Shown one piece after another: positions 1-8,577 of a stretch of DNA of 12,396 nt. The position numbers were made by a program, and so were the translations under genes. The DNA lies in NCBI GenBank assembly GCA_036679645.1, contig JAZDCY010000065.1, positions 1-12,396 on the forward strand, given 5' to 3'. This DNA comes from Gemmatimonadota bacterium. Its GTDB lineage: Bacteria; Gemmatimonadota; Gemmatimonadetes; Gemmatimonadales; GWC2-71-9. The notes beneath the pieces are model-generated. The model was not told the origin of the DNA and did not search any database. It saw only the letters and a program-made list of their open reading frames with translations. Numbering within the stretch: the stretch's first letter is position 1; each line of letters starts with the position of its first letter.

Positions 1-1
1 G

Positions 2-1309
2 GGAGCACCGCCAGCGGTCTACGGAACGGTGCGTGGGACGGGGGCGGGGGCGGGGGTGGGGGCGGGGGCAGACGCGACCCGCACACTCGGCCTCTACGTG
101 CACTACGACGGCCAGCCCGCAGACAGCACGCGCTGGACGCACGGCCCGTGGACACCCACGCTATACACGCGTGCCATGGAGGCCGGGGGATCGCCACGGC
201 CATTCCCCGCGGCGGGATCAGCACAGACCATAGATCCCGAGTGGCGCATCTACGCACGCTCGGCGGGCGACGACAAGGCACCCATCGGGGCACTCTTTCC
301 CGTGCTCCGCGCCTTCCAGGAAGCCGGTGTCACGCCCACATCGAACCTCGTCTTCCTCTTCGAGGGGGAGGAAGAGGCTGGCTCTCCGCATCTGCACGAT
401 TATCTCGAGCGCTACCGGTCGCGTTTCGCCGATGTCGACGTCTGGCTGTTCCTCGATGGACCGGTCCATCAGAGCGGACGCCCGCTGATCACCTTCGGGG
501 TGCGCGGCGTCACCGGGATGGAGATCACAGTCTACGGCGCGACCCGGCCGCTCCATTCGGGACACTACGGCAACTGGGCGCCCGTGCCCGGCCAGATGCT
601 CGCCCATTTGCTTGCGAGCATGAAAGACGAAGACGGGACCGTGTTGGTCGACGGATTCTACGATACGGTCGAGCCGATCGGGCCAACGGAACGCGCGGCG
701 CTGGACCGTCTGCCCAGATATGACGACGAGCTGAAACGGGAACTGGGACTGGTCGCTACCGAGGGCAACGGCGCCATCCTCGCCGAGCGGCTGCTGCTGC
801 CGTCGCTCACGATCCGCGGCCTGCAGAGCGGCAACGTGGGTCGGCTGGCGCGCAATGTGATCCCGGCGACCGCGACCGCGACGTTGGGTGTAAGGTTGGT
901 CAAGGGCAACGACCCCGATGCCATGCTGGACCTGGTGGAGGCCCACATCCGACTCCAGCGATATCACATCGTCCGCACAGATCCGGACCACGAGACACGG
1001 CTGCGGTATCCGCGTCTCGTGAAAGTGATCCGCGGCAGTGGGTACCCGGCGGCACGGACCTCGATGGACCTCCCCATTGCCCGGCAGGTCGTGGCGGCGG
1101 CCGAACGCGCCGGCGGGCGGGAGTTGGTCCTCATGCCGGCCCTGGGCGGGTCGCTACCGCTATACCTGTTCACCCAGGTCGGCGCCCCGGCATTGATTGT
1201 GCCGGTGGCTAATCACGACGACAACCAACACGCGCCCGACGAGAACCTCCGCGTCGCCAACCTCTGGTACGCAATCGATCTCTACGGCGCCCTTCTGACA
1301 ATGCCCTGA
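2..1309 (+). CDS. M20/M25/M40 family metallopeptidase/deacylase (ArgE/DapE-like), 5'-truncated by window edge
   Basis: Frame is open from nt 2 (GAPPAVYG...). M20 metal-binding motifs: [29 protein letters not shown] and C-terminal NQHAPDEN. Confidence 0.9.
   Translation, partial: GAPPAVYGTVRGTGAGAGVGAGADATRTLGLYVHYDGQPADSTRWTHGPWTPTLYTRAMEAGGSPRPFPAAGSAQTIDPEWRIYARSAGDDKAPIGALFPVLRAFQEAGVTPTSNLVFLFEGEEEAGSPHLHDYLERYRSRFADVDVWLFLDGPVHQSGRPLITFGVRGVTGMEITVYGATRPLHSGHYGNWAPVPGQMLAHLLASMKDEDGTVLVDGFYDTVEPIGPTERAALDRLPRYDDELKRELGLVATEGNGAILAERLLLPSLTIRGLQSGNVGRLARNVIPATATATLGVRLVKGNDPDAMLDLVEAHIRLQRYHIVRTDPDHETRLRYPRLVKVIRGSGYPAARTSMDLPIARQVVAAAERAGGRELVLMPALGGSLPLYLFTQVGAPALIVPVANHDDNQHAPDENLRVANLWYAIDLYGALLTMP
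35..70 (+). repeat. In-frame 6-bp G-rich tandem repeat (GGGGCG-like x6) encoding a Gly/Ala linker
   Basis: gggacg ggggcg ggggcg ggggtg ggggcg ggggca, read directly; translates [12 protein letters not shown]. Confidence 0.85.
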
Positions 1310-1352
1310 TGGCAGGCGCGCCACACCCTTCACGCGTAGGAGTCGAGTTCAC

Positions 1353-2777
1353 GTGACCACGCCCACAAATCCCACGGAGTTCTTCGAGCGCTGTAAGCAG
1401 CACGGCGCCGAGATGGTGGATCTGAAGTTCACCGACATGCTCGGCACCTGGCAGCACTGCTCGTTCCCGGTAGAGACCTGGGACGAAGACACATTCAAGG
1501 ACGGGGTCGGCTTCGACGGGTCCTCGATCCGCGGCTGGCAGGGAATCCACGTCTCCGACATGCTGGCGGTCCCCGACCCCACGACGGCATACCTCGACCC
1601 ATTCTTCCGTGAGCCGACGATGAGCGTCACCGCCAATATCGTCGATCCGATTACGCACGAGGACTACAGCCGTGACCCGCGGCACGTGGCGCGCAAAGCG
1701 ACCGAGTTCATGAAGTCGGGTGGCGTCGCGGATACCTGCTACATCGGTCCCGAGCCGGAGTTCTTCGTCTTCGACGAGGTGCGCTACGAGCAGACGCAGC
1801 ATCGCGGCTTCTATCAGATCGATTCCGTCGAGGGAGCGTGGAATACCGCGCGGTTCGAGGAGCCAAACCTCGGCTACAAGCCCAGCTACAAGGGCGGGTA
1901 CTTTCCCGTTAGCCCGACCGACACGTACCACGATCTCCGCGGTGAGATGACCAACGTGATGCGCGGCGTCGGCATCGTGGTCGAGGCACACCACCACGAG
2001 GTGGGCACGGCCGGTCAGTGCGAGATCGACATGCAGTACGCGCCGCTGCTCGAAATGGCAGACCGTTTCATGTGGTACAAGTACATCGTCAAGAACATCG
2101 CCCGGCGGCACGGCAAGACGGCCACGTTCATGCCCAAACCGATCTTCGAGGACAACGGGAGCGGCATGCATACGCACCTCTCCCTATGGAAGGGCGGGAA
2201 GCCACTGTTCAGTGGTGACAAGTACGCGGGGCTCAGTGAGACCGCACTGCACGGGATAGGCGGGTTGCTGCATCATGCTGGCGCCGTCCTCGCCTTCGCA
2301 GCGCCCACCACCAATTCCTACCGAAGGCTCGTGCCGGGGTTCGAAGCTCCGGTCAACCTGGCCATGTCGCAGCGGAACCGGTCGGCGTCCGTGCGCATAC
2401 CGATGTACTCGGAGAAGCCCAAGGCAAAGCGCCTGGAATTCCGCTGTCCCGATCCGAGTGCCAACGGGTACCTGATGTTCTCCGCGATGTTGATGGCTGT
2501 ACTGGACGGGATCGAGAACAAGATCGATCCGGGCCAGCCGCTCGATCGGGATATCTACGACATGACGCCCGAAGAATTGGCCGAGTACACCCACACCCCC
2601 GGGTCCCTGCCCGAGGCGCTGGACGCGCTGCAGGAAGACCACGCGTTTCTCACCAAGGGCAACGTGTTCACCGATGATCTCATCGACACGTGGATCGCCT
2701 ACAAGATGGAGAACGAGGTCGAACCGTTGCGGTTGCGACCGCATCCCCACGAGTTCCATCTGTACTACGACAACTAG
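1353..2777 (+). CDS. glnA: Glutamine synthetase type I (GSI-beta)
   Basis: 474 aa. Motifs [69 protein letters not shown]. Adenylylation loop [19 protein letters not shown] at 1338-1342 before a GTG start. Confidence 0.98.
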   Translation: MTTPTNPTEFFERCKQHGAEMVDLKFTDMLGTWQHCSFPVETWDEDTFKDGVGFDGSSIRGWQGIHVSDMLAVPDPTTAYLDPFFREPTMSVTANIVDPITHEDYSRDPRHVARKATEFMKSGGVADTCYIGPEPEFFVFDEVRYEQTQHRGFYQIDSVEGAWNTARFEEPNLGYKPSYKGGYFPVSPTDTYHDLRGEMTNVMRGVGIVVEAHHHEVGTAGQCEIDMQYAPLLEMADRFMWYKYIVKNIARRHGKTATFMPKPIFEDNGSGMHTHLSLWKGGKPLFSGDKYAGLSETALHGIGGLLHHAGAVLAFAAPTTNSYRRLVPGFEAPVNLAMSQRNRSASVRIPMYSEKPKAKRLEFRCPDPSANGYLMFSAMLMAVLDGIENKIDPGQPLDRDIYDMTPEELAEYTHTPGSLPEALDALQEDHAFLTKGNVFTDDLIDTWIAYKMENEVEPLRLRPHPHEFHLYYDN

Positions 2778-2803
2778 CGACCCCAAGTCGTCCCACACAT
2801 ATG

Positions 2804-2832
2804 AAAAAGGGGGCCGGTATTCCGGCCCCCTT
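2804..2832. terminator. Intrinsic terminator-like hairpin after glnA, possibly bidirectional
   Basis: AAGGGGGCCGG-TATT-CCGGCCCCCTT is a perfect 11-bp stem. The A-run on the left is a U-tract on the minus strand; the plus strand has only a short U-tract. Confidence 0.8.
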
Positions 2833-3081
2833 GCTAGTTCGGGATCAGCGGGGCGAAGGCGATTACTGGATCGTCCGTTACACGAGCGGCCTCTTGTCTC
2901 CTGGCACCTCTGCCGTCCTCGTCCCGGGCTGAGGCATGACATTGGCGGAGACACACGGGGCCGCATTCAGCATGTGTTGGTCCAATGGATCGGGTACTTC
3001 GCCCCGCTATTCAGGAAGCTACGCCCCCCCACGACGGCGTCAAGGAGTCCTCCCATCGGTTCCGGACACGTATGTTCCAGA

Positions 3082-3816
3082 ATGGATCCGACCCTAACGG
3101 TGCTTCTCTATTCCTCCCTTGCGGCCGGAGTCGCGGCGTTCGGCGCACTCCCTTTTCTCTTTCAGCAGCGGCTCCCGACGGTACGGATCGGATGGGCTAA
3201 CGCCCTCGCAGCGGGCATGATGCTCGGTGCCGCGTATGCCCTGTTGGTTGCCGGCATGCGGGACGGCGCCGTGCTCCGGGAGGGGGCTGGGGCGGTGCTG
3301 GGCATCTTGTTCGTTTATCTCACGCACGCCGCGTTGCAGACAGAGGATCTCGATCTCAATCGGCTGGAGCAGACCGGCCCGGAGTATGGCTACCAGGTAA
3401 CGCTGGTGAACGCGCTCCATTCGGCGGCGGAGGGCGTTGCCATCGGTGCTGCAATGCTCGTGAGCCTCCCCTTCGGCATCTTCATGGCGCTCGCCATTGC
3501 GGTGCACAACATCCCCGAGGCCACCGTGCTCTCCGCGATCCTCACCGCCCGGGGCGTGCGGGTCCGGGACGCCGGCGGCCTCGCCGTCGCAACGAAGGTG
3601 AGTCAGGTCCTCCTCGCCATCGTCACGTTCGCCGTCGGCGGCGCCGCACCGACCGTGTTGCCGTGGGTCCTGGGTTTCTCGGTGGGGGCGCTCATCTATC
3701 TGGTAATGGCGGAACTGTTGCCCGAGTCGTACCGGCAAGCCGGCAGCACGACTATCGCGCTGGTCACGATCGTAGCCATGGGGATGGTGGTGCTTCTCGA
3801 GCATGCGGGAGCGTAG
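3082..3816 (+). CDS. ZIP (ZupT/GufA-like) divalent metal transporter, paralog 1
   Basis: Hydrophobic 244-aa protein from ATG 3082 (MDPTLTV...). Motifs AAGMMLG, LHSAAEGVAIG, AVHNIPEA and ELLPE. The upstream part of the 2674 ORF is non-coding-like. Confidence 0.88.
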   Translation: MDPTLTVLLYSSLAAGVAAFGALPFLFQQRLPTVRIGWANALAAGMMLGAAYALLVAGMRDGAVLREGAGAVLGILFVYLTHAALQTEDLDLNRLEQTGPEYGYQVTLVNALHSAAEGVAIGAAMLVSLPFGIFMALAIAVHNIPEATVLSAILTARGVRVRDAGGLAVATKVSQVLLAIVTFAVGGAAPTVLPWVLGFSVGALIYLVMAELLPESYRQAGSTTIALVTIVAMGMVVLLEHAGA

Positions 3817-3819
3817 CGC

Positions 3820-4548
3820 GTGCATCCCGTTCTGCTCGTTTTTCTCTACGGGTTGGCCACCGCGCTGGCGACGGGCCTCGGTGCCATTCCTTTCCTTTTC
3901 GTACGTACAGTCTCGAGCACGGTCGTCGCCTACTCGAATGCGATCGCCGCCGGCCTGATGCTCGGTGCCAGTTTTGGCCTCGTGGCACAGGGATCGGCCT
4001 ACGGCGCACTCCCGACGCTTGCGGGCAGCGCCCTGGGCGTGCTGTTCATCCTGATCACGCAACGGGTCCTTGGCGAACACGACATTGCGTTTGGCAAGGC
4101 ACGCGGCGCCGGTGCGCGGCAGATGCTGCTCATGATCACGGTCATGACCGTGCATTCGTTCTCCGAAGGCGTCGCCGTTGGCGTCTCACTAGGTGGCGGC
4201 GCAACCCTCGCGCTCGTCATCACCGCGGCGATCGCGGTGCACAACATCCCCGAAGGGCTCGCCATCAGCGCCGTCATGCGGCCGCGCGGCACCAGCGTGC
4301 TCGGCTGCGCGGGGTGGAGCATCTTCTCATCCCTGCCCCAACCGATCATGGCGGTGCCGGCTTTTCTGCTCGTCGAGACGCTTCGCCCGGCGCTCCCCTA
4401 CGGCATCGGGTTCGCCGCTGGAGCCATGGTCTTCATGGTGCTGGTCGAACTCCTTCCCGAGGCGTTTGGACGGGCGAGGCGCGCGCCGGTGGCTTTGATG
4501 GTGAGTTTTACGTTGATTGGGATGGTGCTGTTGCAGCGATATCTGTGA
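3820..4548 (+). CDS. ZIP (ZupT/GufA-like) divalent metal transporter, paralog 2
   Basis: 242 aa. Motifs ATGLGA, AAGLMLGASF, VHSFSEGVAVG, AVHNIPEGLA, SSLPQP, GFAAGAM and ELLPEA. Starts 3 nt after the paralog 1 stop. Confidence 0.92.
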   Translation: MHPVLLVFLYGLATALATGLGAIPFLFVRTVSSTVVAYSNAIAAGLMLGASFGLVAQGSAYGALPTLAGSALGVLFILITQRVLGEHDIAFGKARGAGARQMLLMITVMTVHSFSEGVAVGVSLGGGATLALVITAAIAVHNIPEGLAISAVMRPRGTSVLGCAGWSIFSSLPQPIMAVPAFLLVETLRPALPYGIGFAAGAMVFMVLVELLPEAFGRARRAPVALMVSFTLIGMVLLQRYL

Positions 4549-4663
4549 GATTCGAGATTACTGATTAGCGATTACTGATTGCAGATTGATCTTTTCTAGG
4601 TTCCCGGATTCAGTTGTGAAAACAAATCGCCAATCACTATTCACTAATCAGTAATCTCAGATC
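4549..4663. repeat. Two inward-facing arrays of GATTNNN heptamers forming a long imperfect hairpin between convergent genes
   Basis: Plus strand 4549-4590: gattcga gattact gattagc gattact gattgca gattgat. Inverted 4622-4663: acaaatc gccaatc actattc actaatc agtaatc tcagatc. Perfect 15-bp IR GAGATTACTGATTAG (4554-4568) / CTAATCAGTAATCTC (4644-4658). Confidence 0.9.
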
Positions 4664-5531
4664 TTCGCGGTCGCAGCCGCGCAATCACTACCGTCACGTT
4701 GTCGCGGCCGCCGCGCTCGAGCGCGAGATCCACCAGCCGGTGGCATGACGCTTCCGCAGAGTCCAAGTCGCGCAGCTCTGCCTCGATCTCCGCCTCTTTC
4801 ACGTGTTTCGTGAGCCCGTCGGTGCACAACAACATCACGTCATTCCATTTGCAGTCTTCCGACGCCGTTATGGGGGCGGCTTCCGGGCCACCCACCGCGC
4901 TCGCCAGCACACCGCGCAAGGGAGACCGCTCGGCCTCTTCCGGCGTCAGTGCCCCGGAGTCGACCAGAGCCTGCACCAGCGTCTGGTCGGTAGACAATTG
5001 CTCCAGCTTTCCGTCCCGCAGGCGATAGCACCGGCTGTCGCCAACCTGCACCAGATAGGCACGCGGCCACAGCACGGCGACCATCGTCAAGGTTGTCGCC
5101 AGACCATGTCCCTGTGACTCGCGCTCACCGCGCTCACGCAGCACCGAGTGGCTACGCAACACGGACTTCGTCAACTCCTGCAAGAATACCGATTCGCGTT
5201 TGACATCAACGTGACGGTAGAGGTCCATGAGATGCGTCACGTACTCTGCGACGGTCTTGAGCGCGGTACCACTAGCTTCGGTACCATCCGGCCGACTGCC
5301 AACACCGTCGGCCACAAGAAACAGGTATCCCCGTGACTCGCTGACCAGCTCCACGAGTTCGTCTTCTGGCAGGCTCGATTGCTGAACGAAGAGCAGCTTG
5401 TGGAGGCTCGCGATGAGGAAGTGATCCTCGTTTTCCGAGCGCACGTTTCCCGTGTGCGTGTACCCGAACGTGTCGATGTCCGTCGCGAGCGGTCGTGAGC
5501 TGCGCCGGAGGCGTTGCGGCGAAGAGGCCAT
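4644..5531 (-). CDS. PP2C/PPM family Ser/Thr protein phosphatase (PrpC/Stp-like)
   Basis: Motifs GNVRSENED, LVADGVG, TTLT, VGDSRCY, LLCTDGLT and GGRDNVT. GGAG RBS upstream of ATG 5531. Confidence 0.95.
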   Translation of the reverse strand: MASSPQRLRRSSRPLATDIDTFGYTHTGNVRSENEDHFLIASLHKLLFVQQSSLPEDELVELVSESRGYLFLVADGVGSRPDGTEASGTALKTVAEYVTHLMDLYRHVDVKRESVFLQELTKSVLRSHSVLRERGERESQGHGLATTLTMVAVLWPRAYLVQVGDSRCYRLRDGKLEQLSTDQTLVQALVDSGALTPEEAERSPLRGVLASAVGGPEAAPITASEDCKWNDVMLLCTDGLTKHVKEAEIEAELRDLDSAEASCHRLVDLALERGGRDNVTVVIARLRPRRSEITD

Positions 5532-5658
5532 GTATCTCCCGTTGGAGCGAGCTGCCTAAGATGCCCGCCAGACGGCACACCGCCAGTCCAATACGAACCG
5601 GCCTGCCGCGAGACACAGATTGTCGAGGTGGAAGGTGGTACTAGCTAGACTCGGACCG

Positions 5659-5907
5659 TCAATGATGGCGGCCACGCGAGGCATCGGACGCGGCCGCCAT
5701 CTGCCGCAGCACGAAGCCGCCAATCTGGACGCCGTCGTGAGAGCGCAGGCCCTGTCGCTCACGCGCCGCGATCACGCCCATGATCCGCCGCAGCGTCCGA
5801 CAGACACCGGCACGGTGATACCATTCCTGATCCGCCGAGTAGCACCGGAAGCCGCACGAGCAATCGTAGCGCGCGGGAGCATGAGCCATGGGAGTCATTG
5901 TTCTCAT
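5659..5907 (-). CDS. Possible small Cys/His-containing hypothetical protein
   Basis: 82-aa ORF co-oriented with its neighbours, filling the gap between the gcvT-like gene and PP2C. Contains CxC..C..H..C. No clear RBS and no recognised family. Confidence 0.3.
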   Translation of the reverse strand: MRTMTPMAHAPARYDCSCGFRCYSADQEWYHRAGVCRTLRRIMGVIAARERQGLRSHDGVQIGGFVLRQMAAASDASRGRHH

Positions 5908-5949
5908 TGTCGGCCCGCGGAGGGATGAGCTTGAGGAGACCCCGTGCGC

Positions 5950-5973
5950 AACCCCGGGCTTGCGCCCGGGGTT
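5950..5973 (-). terminator. Hairpin downstream of the GcvT-family gene
   Basis: AACCCCGGGC-TTGC-GCCCGGGGTT is a perfect 10-bp stem with a GCAA (GNRA) loop on the minus strand, 20 nt past the stop at 5994. U-tract is weak. Confidence 0.7.
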
Positions 5974-5993
5974 GGTGGAGCTTGGGGGAAAGA

Positions 5994-7139
5994 TCAGGTT
6001 TTTGGAGTCGCTTTTGAGGGGTCGATGAAAGGCTTTTCGACCACCGTTGCCGTACGGGAAGAGCCGTCGGGAAGGTCGACGGTCAGGTTGGTCCCCTGTG
6101 CAGACTGGGCAACAGGTACCATGGCATACCCGATATTTTTCTCTAAGCGCGGCGAGTATATCGCTGAGGTGATGTAGCCAACCGCGTCGCCGTTCGCGTG
6201 CACAGACCAGCGCGTCTCGTTGAAGGCGATAGAATCGCCCCCAATCTCGACACCCACCAGCTTGCGGCGGACACCGTTGTCCCTAATGTGCGCCAGCGCT
6301 TCCTTGCCAATGAAACCCTGTTCCTGCTCCAGCTTCACCATCCAATCGAGACCCAGCTCATACGGGTTGTTCTCGAGCGTCATGTCGATGCCGTAGTTGA
6401 GAATCCCTGCCTCGATGCGGCGGATATCGGAGGGGCCGGTGGGACGTATATCGTGCGGCGCTCCTACCTCCATTACGCGGTTCCACAGATCGCGGCCGCG
6501 ACCGCCGTCCCGCAGGTAGATCTCGTAGCCGACCTCGCCGCTCCAGCCGGTGCGGGTGACGATGACCGGCATACCGTCCAGCTCGGTCTCGAGGAAGTAG
6601 TAGTACGGCAGGTCTAGCACCGCGTCGCCGAACAGCGCCTGCACGACCGGCTTGGCCTTGGGTCCCTGGATCTGCATGGGGGACACGTCCGGCTCGCCAA
6701 TCTCGACCCGCATTCCCGACTGATACGCAACCCCTTTTGCCCAGAGCAACACGTCGCTATCGGCGGCCGCGAGCCAGAAGTGGTTTTCGCCCAATCGCAG
6801 CAGGACGGGGTCGTTCACGAGCCCGCCGTTCTCGTCCGTGAGGATCACGTACTTGCCCTGGCCCACCTTGCACTTCGTGAGGTCGCGGGGGGTCAGCAGA
6901 TTGGTGAACGCGAAGGCATCCGGCCCGGTGATTTCGGTCTGTCGTTCCACGGCTACGTCCCACACGGTGACGCCGTTCACCAGGTGCCAGTATTCCTCTT
7001 CCAAGTCGGCATACCCGATGGGCAGCAGCGTATGGTTGTATACGGTATAGCCCCAGCAGCCCGCGTCACGGGTTGCCTCGAAGAACGGCGAGCGGCGCAG
7101 CCGAGCGCCCCGTTGGATTGTGGTCATGTCGAAGGACAC
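5994..7139 (-). CDS. GcvT-family THF-dependent aminomethyltransferase/demethylase, DmdA-like
   Basis: Motifs RLRRSPF, YTVYNH.LLP, VWDVAVERQ.EITGPDA, NDPVLLRL, QIQGPKA, RTGWSGEVGYEIY and RRIEAG. Start chosen at GTG 7139 (AGGAG at 7149-7153); alternative ATG at 7127. Confidence 0.9.
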   Translation of the reverse strand: MSFDMTTIQRGARLRRSPFFEATRDAGCWGYTVYNHTLLPIGYADLEEEYWHLVNGVTVWDVAVERQTEITGPDAFAFTNLLTPRDLTKCKVGQGKYVILTDENGGLVNDPVLLRLGENHFWLAAADSDVLLWAKGVAYQSGMRVEIGEPDVSPMQIQGPKAKPVVQALFGDAVLDLPYYYFLETELDGMPVIVTRTGWSGEVGYEIYLRDGGRGRDLWNRVMEVGAPHDIRPTGPSDIRRIEAGILNYGIDMTLENNPYELGLDWMVKLEQEQGFIGKEALAHIRDNGVRRKLVGVEIGGDSIAFNETRWSVHANGDAVGYITSAIYSPRLEKNIGYAMVPVAQSAQGTNLTVDLPDGSSRTATVVEKPFIDPSKATPKT

Positions 7140-7240
7140 GTGGATGGGCTCCTGTGATCGTTGTCTAGGAGGGAAATACGGCCGCCGCCTCGACCGGGCA
7201 AGGTCGCAGTGCGCGGGGGGTGAGTAAGCCTCGCAAGAAC

Positions 7241-7321
7241 GATTGGCGATTGCCGATTTGTGATTTGCGATTGCCCAGCGGTTACTCACCGCAGAGGGCG
7301 CTGAGCACGCAGAGGTTACTC
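7241..7321 (+). repeat. GATTNNN x5 array followed by a TCACCGCAGAG arm (9-bp periodic) flanked by GGTTACTC direct repeats
   Basis: gattggc gattgcc gatttgt gatttgc gattgcc (7241-7275); TCACCGCAGAGGGCGCTGAGCACGCAGAG (7286-7314); GGTTACTC at 7280-7287 and 7314-7321. Confidence 0.85.
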
Positions 7322-7693
7322 TATGCCCGCTTGGCGCTGCAACCACCGTATGTATCCAACGATGTACGCCACCTGCTCGCGTTGAATCCCCGACACCGCC
7401 GGCATGTCACCGAACCGCCAATGATGCGCTCTCACGCCGAACGCTGCGGCGCGATAGAACGATTCGTCGGCGTGATGGCTGGGCTCGTAGATCCGGTGGA
7501 CCAGCGGGGGGCCTTGCTCGCTGCCCGTCCCGGCGGTGCCGTGGCACGCTGCACAATTCAAATCGAAGAGCGCCTCGCCCTCGCTGTGGGCTCGAGGCGT
7601 GGGAGGTGGCGTGAATGCCGTCTGATCTGCTCCGTCCGTTCTCCCGCAACTCAGCATGACAACCAGCATACACGACACGACGACCGACTGCAC
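7316..7693 (-). CDS. Monoheme c-type cytochrome, probable lipoprotein
   Basis: CAACH heme motif, GPPLVHRIYEPSHH and HHWRFGDMP (axial Met). Hydrophobic N-terminus ends MLSC. Start at GTG 7693 after GGGGGAG is uncertain. Confidence 0.85.
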   Translation of the reverse strand: MQSVVVSCMLVVMLSCGRTDGADQTAFTPPPTPRAHSEGEALFDLNCAACHGTAGTGSEQGPPLVHRIYEPSHHADESFYRAAAFGVRAHHWRFGDMPAVSGIQREQVAYIVGYIRWLQRQAGIE

Positions 7694-7930
7694 AGGGGTC
7701 TCCCCCGCGCGCGGGGCGGTCTCGCGCTCGACGCGGCAGTGCTCCGTTGGAGCTGTCTTGAGACGTTTCAGCACATCTGACACGGCGGGCTCCGGCTGGT
7801 AGCGTCCCGAAGATGGGGCTCGCGTCGGCCAAGGGCCAGTTTGACGCTCTATGAGCATCGGGCGCATATTCGTCCGCAGTCCAGGCGCGGAACCGTTAGG
7901 CAGCACGTCAATAAATGATAGGGGTATCCC

Positions 7931-8404
7931 ATGACGGACCACGCGATAGGACGCGGGCGCAGTTTCCGGCTCACGGCCGGAGCCTGTGCTGCGGCCTTTG
8001 TTGTGTTCCACGCCTGCGCACCCGCCGCGTATGAGACGTCAACGCCCGTCTCGATCTCCACTGAAGATGTAGGTGACCTCCGCAGCCTAGCGACCCAGCT
8101 TCTCGATCTGCTCGGTTATGAACCAGTGAACGGCGAGTTCTGCAGAGTTCCTGGGCTCACGCAGACGTATTGTTTCCACCGCGTTAGCGCCGATCGGCGC
8201 GACCAGATCGGGCTTACGATTCGGGCGACACGAGACGTGATCGCCGAGAGCGGCACGACATCAGGTTGGGATGTCAAGGTGCAAGGGAGGAGCTACCAGT
8301 CCGCGGAGACGGGTACGTGGGTCGCCACTGCGGTGTCCGCCAAACTGCGTGCTGACGTCGATTCGCTGGTGCGGACAGTACGTAGAGCTGAGCAAGAGCA
8401 GTGA
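7931..8404 (+). CDS. Hypothetical exported protein/lipoprotein
   Basis: 157 aa. Basic N-terminus, hydrophobic stretch, then FHAC. Purine-rich AGGGG upstream. Divergent from the cytochrome c gene; no family recognised. Confidence 0.6.
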   Translation: MTDHAIGRGRSFRLTAGACAAAFVVFHACAPAAYETSTPVSISTEDVGDLRSLATQLLDLLGYEPVNGEFCRVPGLTQTYCFHRVSADRRDQIGLTIRATRDVIAESGTTSGWDVKVQGRSYQSAETGTWVATAVSAKLRADVDSLVRTVRRAEQEQ

Positions 8405-8455
8405 GGGGTCTCCCAGTCACGCCGCTCTAGCCCGGGTGCTGCCTAAATGCGGTGG

Positions 8456-8540
8456 CTAGCGTCCCCGCGCTGGTTCTTCTAGCGCCGCCCGCGCTTCGGT
8501 CACCGTCCACACGTACTCGGGATCGGGCTGCGTGAAGGTC
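8456..8540 (-). pseudogene. Orphan 3' tail (copy A) of a TPR/kinase-type gene: TFTQPDPEYVWTVTEARAALEEPARGR*
   Basis: 40/43 nt identical to 9277-9319. 25 nt (8516-8540) identical to 12110-12134. Homology stops abruptly at 8540. Confidence 0.8.
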
Positions 8541-8577
8541 GTGCTTGAATCACGGCGCAACCAGCGATTCTCCAAGA

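Noticed and set aside
218..2966. Long antisense ORFs (218-991, 1209-2177, 2184-2966); 3094-4155 and 3663-4568 are similar
   Set aside because: Shadow frames of well-supported GC-rich genes, with no motifs.
2674..3081. N-terminal extension of the 380-aa ZIP ORF
   Set aside because: Overlaps the glnA end and runs through its terminator. The ZIP-like hydrophobic sequence begins at ATG 3082.
2833..3081. Possible metal riboswitch, Zur/Fur box or sigma-54 promoter upstream of the ZIP genes
   Set aside because: No yybP-ykoY consensus or AT-rich palindrome recognisable. TGGCAC near 2902 lacks a correctly spaced -12 GC.
7140..7346. N-terminal extension of the 450-aa GcvT ORF (..WAIANHKSAIANRS..)
   Set aside because: It is a translation of the heptamer repeat. 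The RBS and homology start at 7139/7127.
7694..8011. Long N-terminal extension of cytochrome c (231-aa ORF)
   Set aside because: Overlaps the divergent 7931 gene and the intergenic promoter region. The signal/lipobox-like segment only begins near 7693.
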